DNA of 64,000 bases from NCBI RefSeq assembly GCF_964213995.1, contig NC_135830.1, positions 13,516,001 through 13,580,000 on the forward strand, given 5' to 3'. The position numbers and the translations under genes were made by a program. The notes beneath the pieces were generated by a model that ran no database searches, was not told the DNA's origin, and saw only the letters and a program-made list of their open reading frames with translations. Shown piece by piece: positions 61,701-64,000 of this stretch; positions within the stretch are counted from its first letter, which is position 1; every line of letters starts with the position of its first letter. Source of the DNA: Mustelus asterias. Taxonomy: Eukaryota.

Positions 61701-64000
61701 CGTGGCCCAGGTAGATGCAATCTCGGAAGACCCAAGCCAGGGAGGAGCCATTTGGGAACTATGGTTTCGGAAGGTTCAGCCGCGGAAGGTGTGACCCCAG
61801 ACGGTGCAGCCCCAGTGGGTGTGATTTTGGAAGATCTGGCCCGGAGTGGTGGACTTTGGAGGACTGTAGTTGAGCGTTGTCGACTTCGGACGGTGGAATG
61901 TTGATGGGCGAAGCTCTGGAAGGCGATGCCTCCGAAATGTTTCACAATTGTATGGTTGTTCATGGATTGTTTGTTATTGTAATATGTGGTTTTCCTGTTA
62001 AGAAAGTTGGTGGTTTGTTCCGGCCCCCGTCTATTTTCTTGCGTTATTTGTGGCCTGGGGGGCATCCCCCCTGGATAAAGTCACCCCCGGGGGGTGTGAC
62101 ATCCACTTGGGGAAAGTTCTGGGTGGTGAAGCCCCGGACATAGTAACACCAGAGGGATTTTATTCTCCGGGAGAAAAATTGGGAAGGCAGGCCCGAACTG
62201 AGTACCCTGGAGAGACTCTCCCACCGCCCCGGCTGAAAATCCGGAACGGATTCCGGATTGAGTAGGTTCGGGGTGGTTTCCCCATTTCCCCCCTCCGGCT
62301 GAACATCCGTAAGGTGTAACCCCCGGATATGAGTACCACTGGAGGGTTGCATCCCCCGGCAGGTGGACAAACCCAGGGGACGGTGCCCTTATGCTTCAGT
62401 GTTTATTTTTTGTTGTGTACAGTTGTAGTGTTGTGTTAATGTTTGTAGATTTGTAGATTATGATTTGTAAATGGAGGTGTATTTTGAGGGCAATGCCCTG
62501 GAAAACTGTAATTGATGATGAACCCTTCCGAAATGGAAGGTAGTAATTGATAAATGGATGGTGTTAGCCATCGGTAATGTATTTTTCAGATTTGTTCTTT
62601 GTTCATTTGTAATTGTTTTGTAATATCGTGTTTGTACTAACCAACGGAAAATCTTTGCATTGTTTGTGGCCTGGGGGGTATCCCCCCCCCCCCCCCCCCC
62701 GGATAGAGTGACCCCCGGGGGGTGTGACATCCAGTTGGGGAAAGTGTCCGGGGCACCCAGAGGGGTAACACCGGGGGGGGTTTTGTTCTCCGGGAGAAAA
62801 ATTGGGAAGGCAGGCCGAATTGAGTATCCCGGAGAGCTTTTCCCACCGCCCCAGCCGAAAATCCGGAAGGCAGTCCGGATTGAGTAGGTTCGGGGTGGTT
62901 TTCCTGTCCCTCCGCCTCCAGCCGAATATCCGTCAGGTGGAACCCCCGGACCTGAGTACCTCTGGAGGGTTGCATCCCCCGGCAGGGGAAAAACCCAGGA
63001 GGCGGTGCCCTGGAGGGCGGCGGATATGCTGCAATGTTTATTCTTGTTATGTTGTACTAATGTTTGTCACTTTGTAGATTATGATTTGTAATTGGAGGTG
63101 TATTGAGAGGGCAATGCCCTGGAAAAATATGACCGTTAGTGAACCCTTCCGAAATAGAAGATAGTAACTGATAAATGGATGGCGTTAGCCATTGGTAATG
63201 TATTTTTTTCACATTTGTTCTTTGTGTATTTGTAACTGTTTTGCATTAACGTATTTGTAATAAACAAAAAGAAACCAACATCTGTGAGTGGGAAAGATTG
63301 GATTGTCCAGCCAGTCCACCATATTGGCCGTTCGCTTTGCGTGTTGGCCAGTATAGTGTGCTCCAGGCAGGGGGCGGGCAGAGGATAAGGAGTTCAAGGC
63401 GGGCTTAATGCGCGCCTTGCGGTGAGCTTTTGGAAATGTGGCCGCTGGGAGGAACGCCTTGGTCGGCGTGAAGTTTCTGTTTCAAGTGCTTGGGTTCGTG
63501 ACTTGTGCAAGAACTTTTTGTTTCGGCTGGGGCTTGTTGAATGCTGCTCTCGCTGGGATTCCTGTGCCTTGAAAGGCGTGGCCCAGGTAGATGCAATCTC
63601 GGAAGACCCAAGCCAGGGAGGAGCCATTTGGGAACTATGGTTTCGGAAGGTTCAGCCGCGGAAGGTGTGACCCCAGACGGTGCAGCCCCAGTGGGTGTGA
63701 TTTTGGAAGTTCTGGCCCGGAGTGGTGGACTTTGGAGGACTGTAGTTGAGCGTTGTCGACTTCGGACGGTGGAATGTTGATGGGCGAAGCTCTGGACGGC
63801 GATGCCTCCGAAATGTTTCACAATTGTATGGTTGTTCATGGATTGTTTGTTATTGTAATATGTGGTTTTCCTGTTATGATAGTTGGTGGTTTGTTCCGGC
63901 CCCCGTCTATTTTCTTGCGTTATTTGTGGCCTGGGGGGCATCCCCCCCTGGATAAAGTCACCCCCGGGGGGGTGTGACATCCACTTGGGGAAAGTTCTGG
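55795..64000 (+). repeat. Tandem array (macrosatellite) of about 1.87 kb, probably retroelement-derived
   Basis: Units start with CCAACATCTGTGAGT at 55795, 57659, 59526, 61399 and 63275 (periods 1864, 1867, 1873, 1876). Each complete unit ends GTAATAAACAAAAAGAAA. The array runs off the window end. Confidence 0.95.

Overview
Eukaryotic DNA from a cartilaginous fish (shark-type), with three parts. (1) 0.6-29.3 kb holds a complete, unrearranged cluster-type IgM heavy-chain minilocus on the + strand: leader, VH, D1, D2, JH, Cmu1-Cmu4 with secretory tail, TM1 and TM2. Its RSS pattern is V-23, 12-D1-22, 12-D2-12, 23-J. A decayed VH pseudogene lies about 10 kb upstream. The 8.35 kb J-C intron carries degenerate duplications, CA/TCAC tracts and a G-rich tandem repeat just before Cmu1. 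(2) 30-55.8 kb is a cluster of four C2H2 zinc-finger genes with no visible KRAB domain. They share a duplicated promoter/5' cassette and are interspersed with CR1 LINEs, shark SINEs, Penelope-like remnants and one tRNA-Arg(ACG) gene. (3) 55.8-64 kb is a tandem array of about 1.87 kb units (4 complete, 1 partial). Each unit ends in AATAAA plus an A-rich tail and is delimited by the same 15-mer CCAACATCTGTGAGT, which also occurs as an unoccupied inverted host site beside the tRNA. This is the most unusual feature and suggests a site-specific retroelement-derived macrosatellite. Repeat family names come from recognition, not database search. Repeat boundaries are approximate.
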